DNA of 25,686 nucleotides from a virus (IMGVR_UViG_3300023266_000006:1-25686); one strand, 5' to 3'. Shown: positions 1 to 7,951, numbered from the stretch's first letter. Notes: a model not told the origin generated them from the sequence alone. Program-made: numbers and translations.

Positions 1-174
1 CAGGTTGCCGGCTTCTGCTTTTTGTTCCCCATCGGAAGCACGATCATCACCCCCGAGCAATCGATCCACCTGCGCGATGATAGCGCGCATGTCGCCCACG
101 TTCATGCGATGGGCTGGCCGCTCCAGCCACTCGATCACCGCGTGAGCGATAGCCAGGTCGCGTTCGGCGCTCAT
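1..174 (-). CDS. hypothetical phage protein, 3'-partial (MSAERDLAIAHAVIEWLE...)
   Basis: ATG at 174 overlaps the TGA of the upstream gene (ATGA); open to the window edge; not in the ORF track. Confidence 0.65.
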   Translation of the reverse strand, partial: MSAERDLAIAHAVIEWLERPAHRMNVGDMRAIIAQVDRLLGGDDRASDGEQKAEAGNL

Positions 175-602
175 GTGCTCTTCCTCGCTCTCCGCGCGAT
201 CTCGCGGTCAGGGGTGCTGGCGATGATCCGATCCATGATCGCATCGGCGCTGCCCGGATCCGGCACCGTGACGACCGACGTCGTGGCGTGGTGCTCCCCG
301 CCGCAGGGGCAGTAGCAGGTAGCCGACTGCGACCCGCGGCAGTTCCAGGAGCACGCCCCGTCGCGATCGCTACGAGAGGGTGGCGGGATCTGTTTCGGCT
401 CGGCCATGCGGCAGTGCTCGCGCCCTTGGCGGGGCCGGCGGTGGATGATCCGCTCGACCGTGAGCCCGCGGCGGAACGTGTGCTGACCCGTCGGCGTGCA
501 GGTCCCGTGGTGCTCGGTGGGGGCTTGGGTCGCGTTCACGGCCCAGCGGTAGCCGCAAGCCTCGCAGTGGACGAGCCAGCGGTCGATTGTCGTGTAGCTC
601 AT
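171..602 (-). CDS. Cys/His-rich putative Zn-binding phage protein
   Basis: CEAC and CSWNC...CYCPCGGEHH clusters; ATGA-coupled at both ends. Confidence 0.7.
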   Translation of the reverse strand: MSYTTIDRWLVHCEACGYRWAVNATQAPTEHHGTCTPTGQHTFRRGLTVERIIHRRPRQGREHCRMAEPKQIPPPSRSDRDGACSWNCRGSQSATCYCPCGGEHHATTSVVTVPDPGSADAIMDRIIASTPDREIARRARKST

Positions 603-835
603 GGCTGCTCGCTAAACTTTCCCAGGCGGTAGATGTACACACCGATTGCCGTCACGAGTAGGGCGCTGATGGCCAAGCTGGCGGTAATCCAGGTGGGCGA
701 CCAGATGCGCCACCACGACCAGTCGATAACGTGCGCCAGCTTGAGCGAGATGAGCGAGACCTGAATCATCGTGATGATCTGCCGCAGCTCGCGCGAGAGT
801 GCCATCATGACAGCCGAGAATGTTGCGTGCGTCAC
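599..835 (-). CDS. small membrane protein, TMEM185/'Fragile-X-F'-like phage family
   Basis: LKLAHVIDWSWWRIWSPTWI between two hydrophobic stretches; GTG at 835 overlaps the upstream TGA. Confidence 0.65.
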   Translation of the reverse strand: MTHATFSAVMMALSRELRQIITMIQVSLISLKLAHVIDWSWWRIWSPTWITASLAISALLVTAIGVYIYRLGKFSEQP

Positions 836-1221
836 TTCGGCCCCTTTGCTGCGCGCCGCTTGAGCCATCTGTCGAGCCAGGTCTCTTTCCGTGGTGGATC
901 TTCGGCGAAGGTGAACGGTGCCGGCAGCGATGACGCAACGATTTCCTCGGCCTCCGCGTTCGTCAGCTCGACGCCCTCTTGATCGACCAGCGGATCGGCC
1001 TGCCCGTAGCCGTGCTCCGCTTCGGGGTGGCGCTGAAGCCACTCGGCGGCGATCTGGAGGATGGCCACCATATCGCGGACGGCCAGCGGCTGGGTCACGT
1101 CGATCAAACGTGGGACGAGTTCGTAGGCCGTCGGGTCCATCGCTACGAGCTCGTCATCGGGAATGACGACCATTATCTGGTAGCGGTGGTGCAGGTAGTC
1201 GCGCTCGACGTCAACTCGCAT
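832..1221 (-). CDS. hypothetical protein
   Basis: 129-aa ORF in the tightly packed leftward operon. Confidence 0.65.
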   Translation of the reverse strand: MRVDVERDYLHHRYQIMVVIPDDELVAMDPTAYELVPRLIDVTQPLAVRDMVAILQIAAEWLQRHPEAEHGYGQADPLVDQEGVELTNAEAEEIVASSLPAPFTFAEDPPRKETWLDRWLKRRAAKGPK

Positions 1222-1227
1222 GGCCCA

Positions 1228-1527
1228 TCACCCGCTTCCTTTTCCGGCGCGATCCAGCCAACCAGCCATTTTCGCTGCGGCATCGTCAAACTCCTGCCCA
1301 ACCGAAGCGTCCGGAACGCCGACAACCCGCCCCTCGGATTCGTCGACGCCGCGCTCGGCTTCGTAGAGAATCCGCTGGGCCTCGGCGAACTCGCGGAACG
1401 CGAGTCGCACGCGCTCGAAATCTTCTCGCGTAAGGCGGACGTTGGCGTTCCATGTCCCCAAATCGTCCGGCATGGCGATCGGATAGAGTTCGACGTGGTC
1501 TACCCAGCCGGCGATGAGAGTGCTCAT
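1228..1527 (-). CDS. hypothetical protein (MSTLIAGWVD...)
   Basis: ATGA overlap with the resolvase stop; 99 aa. Confidence 0.65.
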   Translation of the reverse strand: MSTLIAGWVDHVELYPIAMPDDLGTWNANVRLTREDFERVRLAFREFAEAQRILYEAERGVDESEGRVVGVPDASVGQEFDDAAAKMAGWLDRAGKGSG

Positions 1528-2087
1528 CGGTCCCCCATTTTCTCGCGGCCGTACAAGGCGAGACACGCCGCGTCGATCACGCCCCCGTGCGGCTTCTTGA
1601 ATCGCCCCATGCACGTCGTGTCGAGTTGCGGCAGGCGGTCGCGCACGTAGGCCGCTGCCCGCGCCTTGGGATCGCCAGCCGCGTTCTTGCCGAAGAGTGC
1701 CCGATGCCAGACGGACGGCTGCACGCGGACGAGCTCCCAGCCGAGAGCGGCGATCATGCCGAGCAAGATCCCGTAGCTCACGCCGATCGAGAGCGAGGAA
1801 GACGCGGCCCCCGGCTGCGCGCGCGGTGATTCGAGAACCACGGTGATCGGCTCGTCGATGGGTAGCTTGGCGCTGATCGCGAAAAGCGCGGTGTAGAGGC
1901 GGCCGTGATCCCACTGCTTGCCACAGCTTGGAGCCGGGATCGTGTAGTCGCGGAAGAGCACGGGCTCGGGATAGATCACCATGCCCGGCGTGCCGGCGGG
2001 GCGTGCTAGGCGCTGGGCATCGCCGGGGCGGAGGAGAACCGCGGCGCCGTCCATGCCGGGGTCTAGCCCCAGGATCGCCCGGCTCAT
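1524..2087 (-). CDS. RuvC-like Holliday junction resolvase
   Basis: ILGLDPG, VVLE, IGVSYG, V.PSVW and IDAACLALYG motifs of the RNase H-fold RuvC family; start chosen at the ATGA overlap. Confidence 0.85.
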   Translation of the reverse strand: MSRAILGLDPGMDGAAVLLRPGDAQRLARPAGTPGMVIYPEPVLFRDYTIPAPSCGKQWDHGRLYTALFAISAKLPIDEPITVVLESPRAQPGAASSSLSIGVSYGILLGMIAALGWELVRVQPSVWHRALFGKNAAGDPKARAAAYVRDRLPQLDTTCMGRFKKPHGGVIDAACLALYGREKMGDR

Positions 2088-2248
2088 GGCATGAGCCCCA
2101 GGAGAAAGGCGAGCCAGACCCCGAGCACCACCCCAAAGCCGCCGGACACGAAGCCAGACCCTGCGGGGTAGCCGAAGCGGCGCGTGCCGTAGCCGAGCAG
2201 GTACCCGCCCCAGAAGATCGCCAGTAAGCCGGCGGCGTACCGGCTCAT
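2084..2248 (-). CDS. small two-TM membrane protein (54 aa)
   Basis: MSRYAAGLLAIFWGGYLLGY...GFGVVLGVWLAFLLGLMP; ATGA-coupled on both sides. Confidence 0.6.
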   Translation of the reverse strand: MSRYAAGLLAIFWGGYLLGYGTRRFGYPAGSGFVSGGFGVVLGVWLAFLLGLMP

Positions 2249-2619
2249 GGCGCCGCACCAAGGAATCGGCTCTGCTGGCGGATCACCTGCACATACTGCG
2301 CTACCCACTTGCACTGCTGGCGCGCATCGTCCAAGGCGTGGTGCTCGACTCCGCCCGCTTCCTCGATCCGCTCGATGCCGGGCTGCATGTAGACAGCGAG
2401 CCGGAAGATCGTGCGGGCGCACGCGGTCATCGGCCAGACCCAAGGGACCTTCATGTCCTGGAGTCGATTGCAGACACGCTCGATCAGCGCAAGATCAAAG
2501 CTCGTCGGGTAGGCCCAGGCGAGCCCCCCGGGCCGGGCCGTGTCGTAGACGATCCGGGTGCCCGCCCGGTGGCAGATCGGCTCGAGCGCCAGCACGGCCG
2601 GCTCAGAAGGGGTTGGCAT
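2245..2619 (-). CDS. N-terminally truncated DEDDh 3'-5' exonuclease (Rv2179c/RNase AS-like)
   Basis: WAYPTSFD (ExoII-like), PW...RT and HHALDDA (ExoIII) are present; no ExoI DxE motif; start uncertain (2619 or 2661). Confidence 0.6.
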   Translation of the reverse strand: MPTPSEPAVLALEPICHRAGTRIVYDTARPGGLAWAYPTSFDLALIERVCNRLQDMKVPWVWPMTACARTIFRLAVYMQPGIERIEEAGGVEHHALDDARQQCKWVAQYVQVIRQQSRFLGAAP

Positions 2620-3271
2620 CGTCGTCGGGCTCCTCTCGGGTGGCTTCTCCACCGGGGACAATATCCGCAGTCGGCTCCGGTGTCGCGGATAATTCGACGG
2701 CTGGGTCGGAATGCCGTACGGCCCCCAGGACGAGACTTTCCTGCGGCACCCGTGCTTGGGCCGGCGGGAGGGCCCCTGCGCTCAATGGCGCTAGGGATCC
2801 GCTCGCTGGCGGTAGCTCCGCGAGGGAGGCTTGGTCTGCGAACCACGCCGCCTCACGGACGAGCGCATCGGCCATGGCGGGGAACCGGTCGGCCAGGTCG
2901 ATGAGTTGGTCGGCCGCTTGGCGCTTCGTGATCTTGCCCCGGAAGAGCGCCTTCGCGAGGTCCAGCCAAGCTTGGGCATACTCCCGATCGGGCGCCCCGT
3001 CCGGGATCCTATCCGGGAGCGCGAATGGCGGAGGTGCCGATCGGCGGACTTCCGCTCGAGCCCGATCGCAGAACTTGTCCCATGCCTCGACCGACGGCCA
3101 CCGCCCGGCGGCCAAGGCTAGGTTGATGACGTAGCTCCACTCGGCCGGGGCGAGACCACGCGCCTTGACCACGGTTTCGTAGATTGCGTCGATCTGCTCG
3201 ACGGTCGGCGGTTTGGTGGCGAGTCCGACCACGAGTCGCTGGAGCTCGTCACGGTATTGCTCGGGGTTCAT
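2603..3271 (-). CDS. hypothetical replication-module protein with acidic-PF tail
   Basis: 222 aa, ATGA-coupled to the HNH stop; ends EEPDDDANPF; lies downstream of the initiator. Confidence 0.65.
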   Translation of the reverse strand: MNPEQYRDELQRLVVGLATKPPTVEQIDAIYETVVKARGLAPAEWSYVINLALAAGRWPSVEAWDKFCDRARAEVRRSAPPPFALPDRIPDGAPDREYAQAWLDLAKALFRGKITKRQAADQLIDLADRFPAMADALVREAAWFADQASLAELPPASGSLAPLSAGALPPAQARVPQESLVLGAVRHSDPAVELSATPEPTADIVPGGEATREEPDDDANPF

Positions 3272-3810
3272 GACACTTGTCTCGCTGCCCATTCGGTTCT
3301 CAACGTCCGCACGCCGGCCGAGTAGATTGCCTCGCTCATCATGCGCAACGAATCAACATGCGCATCGACGAGCTGATCCGTAGCGAGGTGGCTATTTGTC
3401 TCGTGATGTCGCAAAACGGAATAGACATCTTGCGCTTGCACGCCAAAGTAGCAGGCCATGCCATCGACGAGAGTGTCGTTAAAATTGCACTTCGGAACAT
3501 ATCCTCGCGCGACTAGCAAAGCGACAAGGAATCCGGCGACGTCGGAATAAGCTGCGGGGCAGACGAGCTTAAGTAGTTCTTTGATCACGATACGCCATTG
3601 ACCAACTTCTTCATGACAGGTACGGCAAAGAGTATGGAGTGATTCAGGTGGGTACTCCCATGGTTTTAATCCGCGCTCATAATACGAGTGATCAACATCC
3701 AGCGTCTCCTCCGTATCCCCGCATTGAGTGCATGAGAATCCGTCGCGCTCAAGAATTTGAAGGCGCATCTTCTGCCATTTTGGATGGCGAAGCTCATCGA
3801 TGTAGCTCAC
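3268..3810 (-). CDS. HNH endonuclease-family protein
   Basis: WQKMRLQILERDGFSCTQCG...VDHSYY...PWEY...TLCRTCH; GTG at 3810 overlaps the initiator TGA. Confidence 0.85.
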   Translation of the reverse strand: MSYIDELRHPKWQKMRLQILERDGFSCTQCGDTEETLDVDHSYYERGLKPWEYPPESLHTLCRTCHEEVGQWRIVIKELLKLVCPAAYSDVAGFLVALLVARGYVPKCNFNDTLVDGMACYFGVQAQDVYSVLRHHETNSHLATDQLVDAHVDSLRMMSEAIYSAGVRTLRTEWAARQVS

Positions 3811-4679
3811 CGGGTGTCCCTCCGTTTCTTGTCCATCCATTTGTCCCACGCATCCTGCCCGTCGCCAGCGGATGGCGGAATGGATTCCCATCGGCGTTGA
3901 TCCAGAAAGCGCTTGGGGTGAAGGATCACGCCTTCGCGCCATCGGCGAGATTGTTTCCAGGCCTCGACGCTCGCAATGATGGTCTCGGCTAATTCCGAAT
4001 CGGGGTCAATCCGCTTCCACGCGACCAGCGCGCCCCGTCGATCCTCCTTGAGCGGATAGGTCTGGTAGAAGCGGGTGAAGGCATCTGGCTCCCCACTCAA
4101 CGGACCCGAACGGCGCTTGCGCGTGGGCGGGCCCGTCGAATCGACGGGCAATGCTTCGGTCTGTCTAGGTTCTCCATCTCTGCTCGGAACCCCGCCCTCC
4201 CTCCCCGCAGGCGAAGGCGCAGAGAGCAGAGCATGGCTTCGGGATGCTTCCGGCAATGCCGGATGGATGCCGGAGTCATGCCAGCGCATGGCAGCCCTAG
4301 CCTTCTGTTCGTCTGCAAACTCGCGCTGGGCCTTGCGTTCCTTCTCTAGCCGCTCGTTGAACATCCTGCTCGCGTGAATTTCTCCGCAACCGCAGACCAG
4401 CTCCGTAGAGAAACGCGCGCTGATTCGCTGCCATGCACGAATCCACATCGGACCACGGCGGAGGTTGAGTAGCCGGCGGTTCTCTTCGGGGTCGGCGTCG
4501 AGCCCATGCTCGCGCCAGGAGTAGGCTAGGAGGTCGATATAGAGCCCCCGTTCGGCCGGGCTCATCTTCCGGACTTCCTTGTCGGCGAGCCAGTCGGCGG
4601 CGAAGAAGGAAAAGGCAGGCGGCTTGCCGGCGCGTGCATTGCGCTTGCGCTTCGGGGCGGGCGTGGTAGGCTCGTCCAA
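3807..4679 (-). CDS. phage replication initiator (DUF1376/YdaU-like N-terminus)
   Basis: PAFSFFAADWLAD...MSPAERGLYIDLL..SW N-domain; C-domain FTRFYQTYPLK...HPKRFLDQRRWE; TTG start with GGAGG upstream. Confidence 0.8.
   Translation of the reverse strand: MDEPTTPAPKRKRNARAGKPPAFSFFAADWLADKEVRKMSPAERGLYIDLLAYSWREHGLDADPEENRRLLNLRRGPMWIRAWQRISARFSTELVCGCGEIHASRMFNERLEKERKAQREFADEQKARAAMRWHDSGIHPALPEASRSHALLSAPSPAGREGGVPSRDGEPRQTEALPVDSTGPPTRKRRSGPLSGEPDAFTRFYQTYPLKEDRRGALVAWKRIDPDSELAETIIASVEAWKQSRRWREGVILHPKRFLDQRRWESIPPSAGDGQDAWDKWMDKKRRDTR
4231..4292. repeat. iteron-like ~11-bp periodic array, candidate replication origin
   Basis: ATG(C/G) cores at 4233, 4244, 4256, 4267, 4278 and 4288; exact ATGCCGGA at 4256 and 4267; inside the initiator linker. 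Confidence 0.5.
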
Positions 4680-4704
4680 GTGGGCCCTTTCCTCCGGAAG
4701 GGGT

Positions 4705-4739
4705 CGAGGGCGGGATCCTCGCAGGGAGACCCGCCCTCG
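4705..4739 (-). promoter_or_regulatory. 10-bp perfect stem-loop just upstream of the initiator RBS
   Basis: CGAGGGCGGG (4705-4714) pairs with CCCGCCCTCG (4730-4739); no U-tract. Confidence 0.5.
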
Positions 4740-4775
4740 CTATTTCTTGGACGCACTATGCCACCGTAACCGCCG

Positions 4776-5036
4776 TCAGGGTAGCGGATTCGCTCCACCG
4801 CCTGCCCCCGGCTTATCCACGGACGCCAGCAATCGGTCAGCGATGGCTTCGGCTGCTTGCCTCAATGCGTCCCGGTAGGATTGCAAGTGTCTCCCCGGCT
4901 CCTGCCGTAGCTCATCATTGTCAATCTGGGCTTGGACCACCGCGCGCACGATCATCTCCCGGGCGCGCTTGCGCCAAACCAGATCGGTTGCCGCCACGGC
5001 GACCTCGATCGCCGCGAGCTCGTCATCCAGGCTCAT
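4776..5036 (-). CDS. hypothetical protein (MSLDDELAAIE...)
   Basis: ATGA-coupled start; 86 aa, helical composition. Confidence 0.65.
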   Translation of the reverse strand: MSLDDELAAIEVAVAATDLVWRKRAREMIVRAVVQAQIDNDELRQEPGRHLQSYRDALRQAAEAIADRLLASVDKPGAGGGANPLP

Positions 5037-5281
5037 GGAAGGATGCCTCGGTGGTAGGGGATGCGCTTGGCCGACTCTGGCACGCAGTCTCTCTCCAGCG
5101 CGTGATGGCAAGCCTTGCCGGGCACCACGAACGGCGGGCCGTTGCCGTAGATGTCGCCCTTAGTGAAGCCGACGACCCGACCGCATCCGCACTTCGGACA
5201 GCACCGCGCGTAGAGCATTCCATAGTGCAAGGCATCCGCACCCCAGCGATGCCCGCGAATCAGGCAGCGAAGACGCTTCAT
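5033..5281 (-). CDS. small Zn-binding prophage protein (DUF1660-like)
   Basis: CLIRGHRW...RCCPKCG motif. Confidence 0.6.
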   Translation of the reverse strand: MKRLRCLIRGHRWGADALHYGMLYARCCPKCGCGRVVGFTKGDIYGNGPPFVVPGKACHHALERDCVPESAKRIPYHRGILP

Positions 5282-5493
5282 GCCACGGGCTCCTCGGTAC
5301 GGGTGATCTCCTCCGGCTCGACCGCGACGAGCGAGGGCCGGATCGTCGGGAACAAGTGCTGGCGGTTCTCGATCAGGGTCAGCACGAGCAGCCGGTACGT
5401 CGAGTCCGGCTCGTCGCGCACCAGGCGCACGACCCGCTCATTGATCTTGGTCGCGCGGCGCTGGGTTCGCGCAGTCTCTCGCATCAGGGTCAC
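5278..5493 (-). CDS. hypothetical protein
   Basis: GTG start overlaps the upstream TGA and follows AGGAGGA. Confidence 0.65.
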   Translation of the reverse strand: MTLMRETARTQRRATKINERVVRLVRDEPDSTYRLLVLTLIENRQHLFPTIRPSLVAVEPEEITRTEEPVA

Positions 5494-5897
5494 TCCTCCT
5501 GGATGTGGGGATCCTCCGATCCGCTTCCCTGCGGTCGGGCTTGAATCACGATCACCGGCTTATCCGGAGGGATCGAGCCGATCACCTTGTCCCGAATCTC
5601 GTCGCCACTGATCGGCGTGTCCCGCGGCCGGCTCCGCGCTTCCTCGATGAGCCCTTCCATCCGGAGCCCGATCTCATGCGTCCATACGGGGCGGCCAACA
5701 AGCTCCTCAATCCGCTTGTGGATCATGTCGAAGGGCCGCGAGAGCTTGCCCGTACAGAGCCGATGCAATTCGGCCGCCCGCTCGTCGCCCGTCATGCTCT
5801 CGGCATCTCTGCGCTGTTCGTGCTCCTGGATGCAGAGCGGGCAATACTCGTCCATCTCGCCGCGCTCGGGATGGTAGGTGCAGACGTAGGCGGCCAT
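5490..5897 (-). CDS. hypothetical phage protein (MAAYVCTYHP...)
   Basis: TGATG coupling to the upstream gene; CxxH...CxxC N-terminus; IEELVGRPVWTHE motif recalled from uncharacterised phage proteins. Confidence 0.7.
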   Translation of the reverse strand: MAAYVCTYHPERGEMDEYCPLCIQEHEQRRDAESMTGDERAAELHRLCTGKLSRPFDMIHKRIEELVGRPVWTHEIGLRMEGLIEEARSRPRDTPISGDEIRDKVIGSIPPDKPVIVIQARPQGSGSEDPHIQEE

Positions 5898-7207
5898 CAA
5901 AAGGGCGGCTCCTCTGTGATCGGCTGGATCGGGGTCACGGGCTTCGGTTGCGGGGAAGGCTGGGGGGCCGCCTTGGCTCGAGGTGTCGAGCCCGACGCAG
6001 CGGGGGGAATCCTGGACTCCCCCTTCGCGGCCGTGCTCCCCGCACCCGAGCCAGCGGAATCCATTCCGCCAGCGGCCCCCGTCCCACCGGCCGCTGGACT
6101 CGCGACCCGCGCATATTCCATCAGCACTTGGACCAGGTAATCCCATTTCTCCCGCGTGAGCGATTGGATGGCGAAGTCGGTCCCATATCCCGGTCCGAGC
6201 TCGTCCACCAATTCCTGCGGTAGCTTCACGTGCTTCGGCCCCGTCCGCTCGTCACCCTTCCGGTAGACCGCCCCGCCCGACTTCCGCACGAGCTCGTGCA
6301 CTTGCACGGACTCGGCCGGCGTGATCGCGAAGGGCTGCGCCGGGGGAGTGAAACCTGCGGCTTGCGCTTGGGCCGCTTCTCCGAACCCCGTCGCGTAGGG
6401 CTCGTCCTCGTAGGTGGCGCCCCCCTCCTCGAGCTCGGCCGCGCGCTGGTTCTGGCCGTGCTCGCGGGCCAAGTCCATGACGAACTTGATCTGCTTCTCG
6501 GAGATCAATCCGTACCGCTCGAGCTTCCCCGCAATGTCCTGAATCGTTGGGTGCTCGACCTTGAGCGCTGCGGCCAAGTCGGGCTTGTCGGCGAGGAAGG
6601 CATCGGCCTTGGATTGCCGCGTGCGCGACCGCCCGCTGCCGCTCTCCTCGGTGCCGTGGTAGTCGACGCCGACCCCGTCCATCTCCTCGCTCGGGGTGGC
6701 TTCGTAGCCCGCGAGCACCATCACCCACGAGAACGCGAGCCGGCAGGCCTTCCCCGTCGCCCGCGTGGTCGCCATCGAGCGGCGCTGGTAGAAGGGCCGA
6801 TCGCACCAGGGCTCCTCCTCCCCGCACTCGGCCGAGGCGCGGGTGAGCACCATGCCGTCACTCATCCGCACGAGCTCGACCACGGCGGTATAGACCCCGT
6901 GGTCCTCCTCGTTCGAGAGCTCGCGCGCCATGCACCCCATCATCGCGGCGCAGGTCGTCCATCCTTCGACCATGACGTGTTTCCGTGGCCCGATCTGCTT
7001 GTAGAGCTCGCGCTGCTGGATGATCCCGGCCAAGGCGCTCGCCACTTCGGCCGCCTGCTTCACGAGCTGGGCCGGACTCCCCGCCCGGACAAGCCCAAGC
7101 TGTACCGGGAGCGAGCGGGCCACCGCCTCGCTGTATTCCACGACTTCACCGGTCGTCGGGTCGTAGGGCTCGTCGGGCTGGGGCGGCGGATTCGTAGGTG
7201 CGGCCAT
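5897..7207 (-). CDS. putative single-strand annealing protein (Rad52/Sak/ERF/RecT-like superfamily)
   Basis: KHVMVEGW...SMATTRATGKACR...AGYEATPSEEMD core, long low-complexity C-terminus ending EEPPF; AGGAG RBS; first gene of the replication arm. Confidence 0.65.
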   Translation of the reverse strand: MAAPTNPPPQPDEPYDPTTGEVVEYSEAVARSLPVQLGLVRAGSPAQLVKQAAEVASALAGIIQQRELYKQIGPRKHVMVEGWTTCAAMMGCMARELSNEEDHGVYTAVVELVRMSDGMVLTRASAECGEEEPWCDRPFYQRRSMATTRATGKACRLAFSWVMVLAGYEATPSEEMDGVGVDYHGTEESGSGRSRTRQSKADAFLADKPDLAAALKVEHPTIQDIAGKLERYGLISEKQIKFVMDLAREHGQNQRAAELEEGGATYEDEPYATGFGEAAQAQAAGFTPPAQPFAITPAESVQVHELVRKSGGAVYRKGDERTGPKHVKLPQELVDELGPGYGTDFAIQSLTREKWDYLVQVLMEYARVASPAAGGTGAAGGMDSAGSGAGSTAAKGESRIPPAASGSTPRAKAAPQPSPQPKPVTPIQPITEEPPF

Positions 7208-7657
7208 CGGGTGTCACTCCTGGTGCAAGGGGATGGGGCCATGGGGCCATGGGCCCATGGTAGGGATGGCCGGGGCGGCACGGTCTCGGAACGGCCTGCC
7301 CTCCCCCCGCGAGGCTTGCAAGCCGCTTTTCCCGCCCCACCCCGACCAAGAAGAGCCTACCAGAACCGGCAGCGATTGGCAAGCGTTTTGGCGAGCGATT
7401 GTACAAAGCGATACCATTATGAGACATAGGCCGAGCGTTTTCTGTTGCGTTTTCCGCCTAGCCCTGCTAAGCTCTGATTCGTGGCAGGGTGCAAGGGGTG
7501 CACGGGCAGGGCGCACGGGTGGTGTCGACTGGATGGCTGGCAATTTGACCCAAGCCATTGTGGCGACGGCGGTTAGGTTGTCGACTAGGCTGGCACGGCC
7601 CTCGCAATGGAATAAGGGTGTGCGCGGCATGGGGTCGCGCCGAGACCGGAGAGACCG
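7208..7657. promoter_or_regulatory. divergent control region
   Basis: 450-bp gap between oppositely oriented gene blocks; palindromes at 7247-7260, 7313-7324 and 7399-7406; AGCGWTW repeats 7371-7452. Confidence 0.75.
7590..7606 (+). promoter_or_regulatory. sigma-54-like -24/-12 promoter P1
   Basis: CTGGCACGGCCCTCGCA versus consensus YTGGCACG-N4-TTGCW; GG-N10-GC spacing intact; about 50 bp before ATG 7658. Confidence 0.6.
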
Positions 7658-7951
7658 ATGACCCGCAACGAATTCGAGCAAGCGGCCAAGAATCAGAACG
7701 AGCGGCGCGCCCAGGAAATATTGAAGGCCCGTGAGTCCGGGGTGCCGTGCGTCATTGTGCCGATGCTCTCCTTCGGAGGCATCGACTACTGCACGATCCA
7801 TCGGGTGATGGGGACGTGCCCGTTTTCGTCGCTTGGCCATCGTCTCCAGGGTCCATTCGCACCCAAGATGAACATCAGTGACGACGACCACGACTTCCGG
7901 TGCGACTCGCGCCGCGATGACGGCCCCTGGATGCCGCGAGAGGATTCGTAG
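7658..7951 (+). CDS. hypothetical protein
   Basis: GGAG RBS; first ORF of the rightward arm. Confidence 0.7.
   Translation: MTRNEFEQAAKNQNERRAQEILKARESGVPCVIVPMLSFGGIDYCTIHRVMGTCPFSSLGHRLQGPFAPKMNISDDDHDFRCDSRRDDGPWMPREDS

Noticed and set aside
4777-4804. GGTGG-AGCGAAT-CCGCT on the minus strand as a tRNA T-arm
   Set aside because: Lacks TTC and the rest of the cloverleaf.
4813-4821. TTATCCACG, near DnaA box
   Set aside because: Single 8/9 match inside a coding region, with no cluster.
6230-7429. 399-aa plus-strand ORF, and similar long ORFs at 2247-3134 (+), 20407-21309 (-) and 23619-24743 (-)
   Set aside because: Antisense shadows of better-supported genes in GC-rich DNA; no motifs or RBS.
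7467-7479. IHF-like site (reverse complement AATCAGAGCTTAG) near P1
   Set aside because: Mismatch in the TTR element, and it lies upstream of the repeat pair rather than between it and the promoter.
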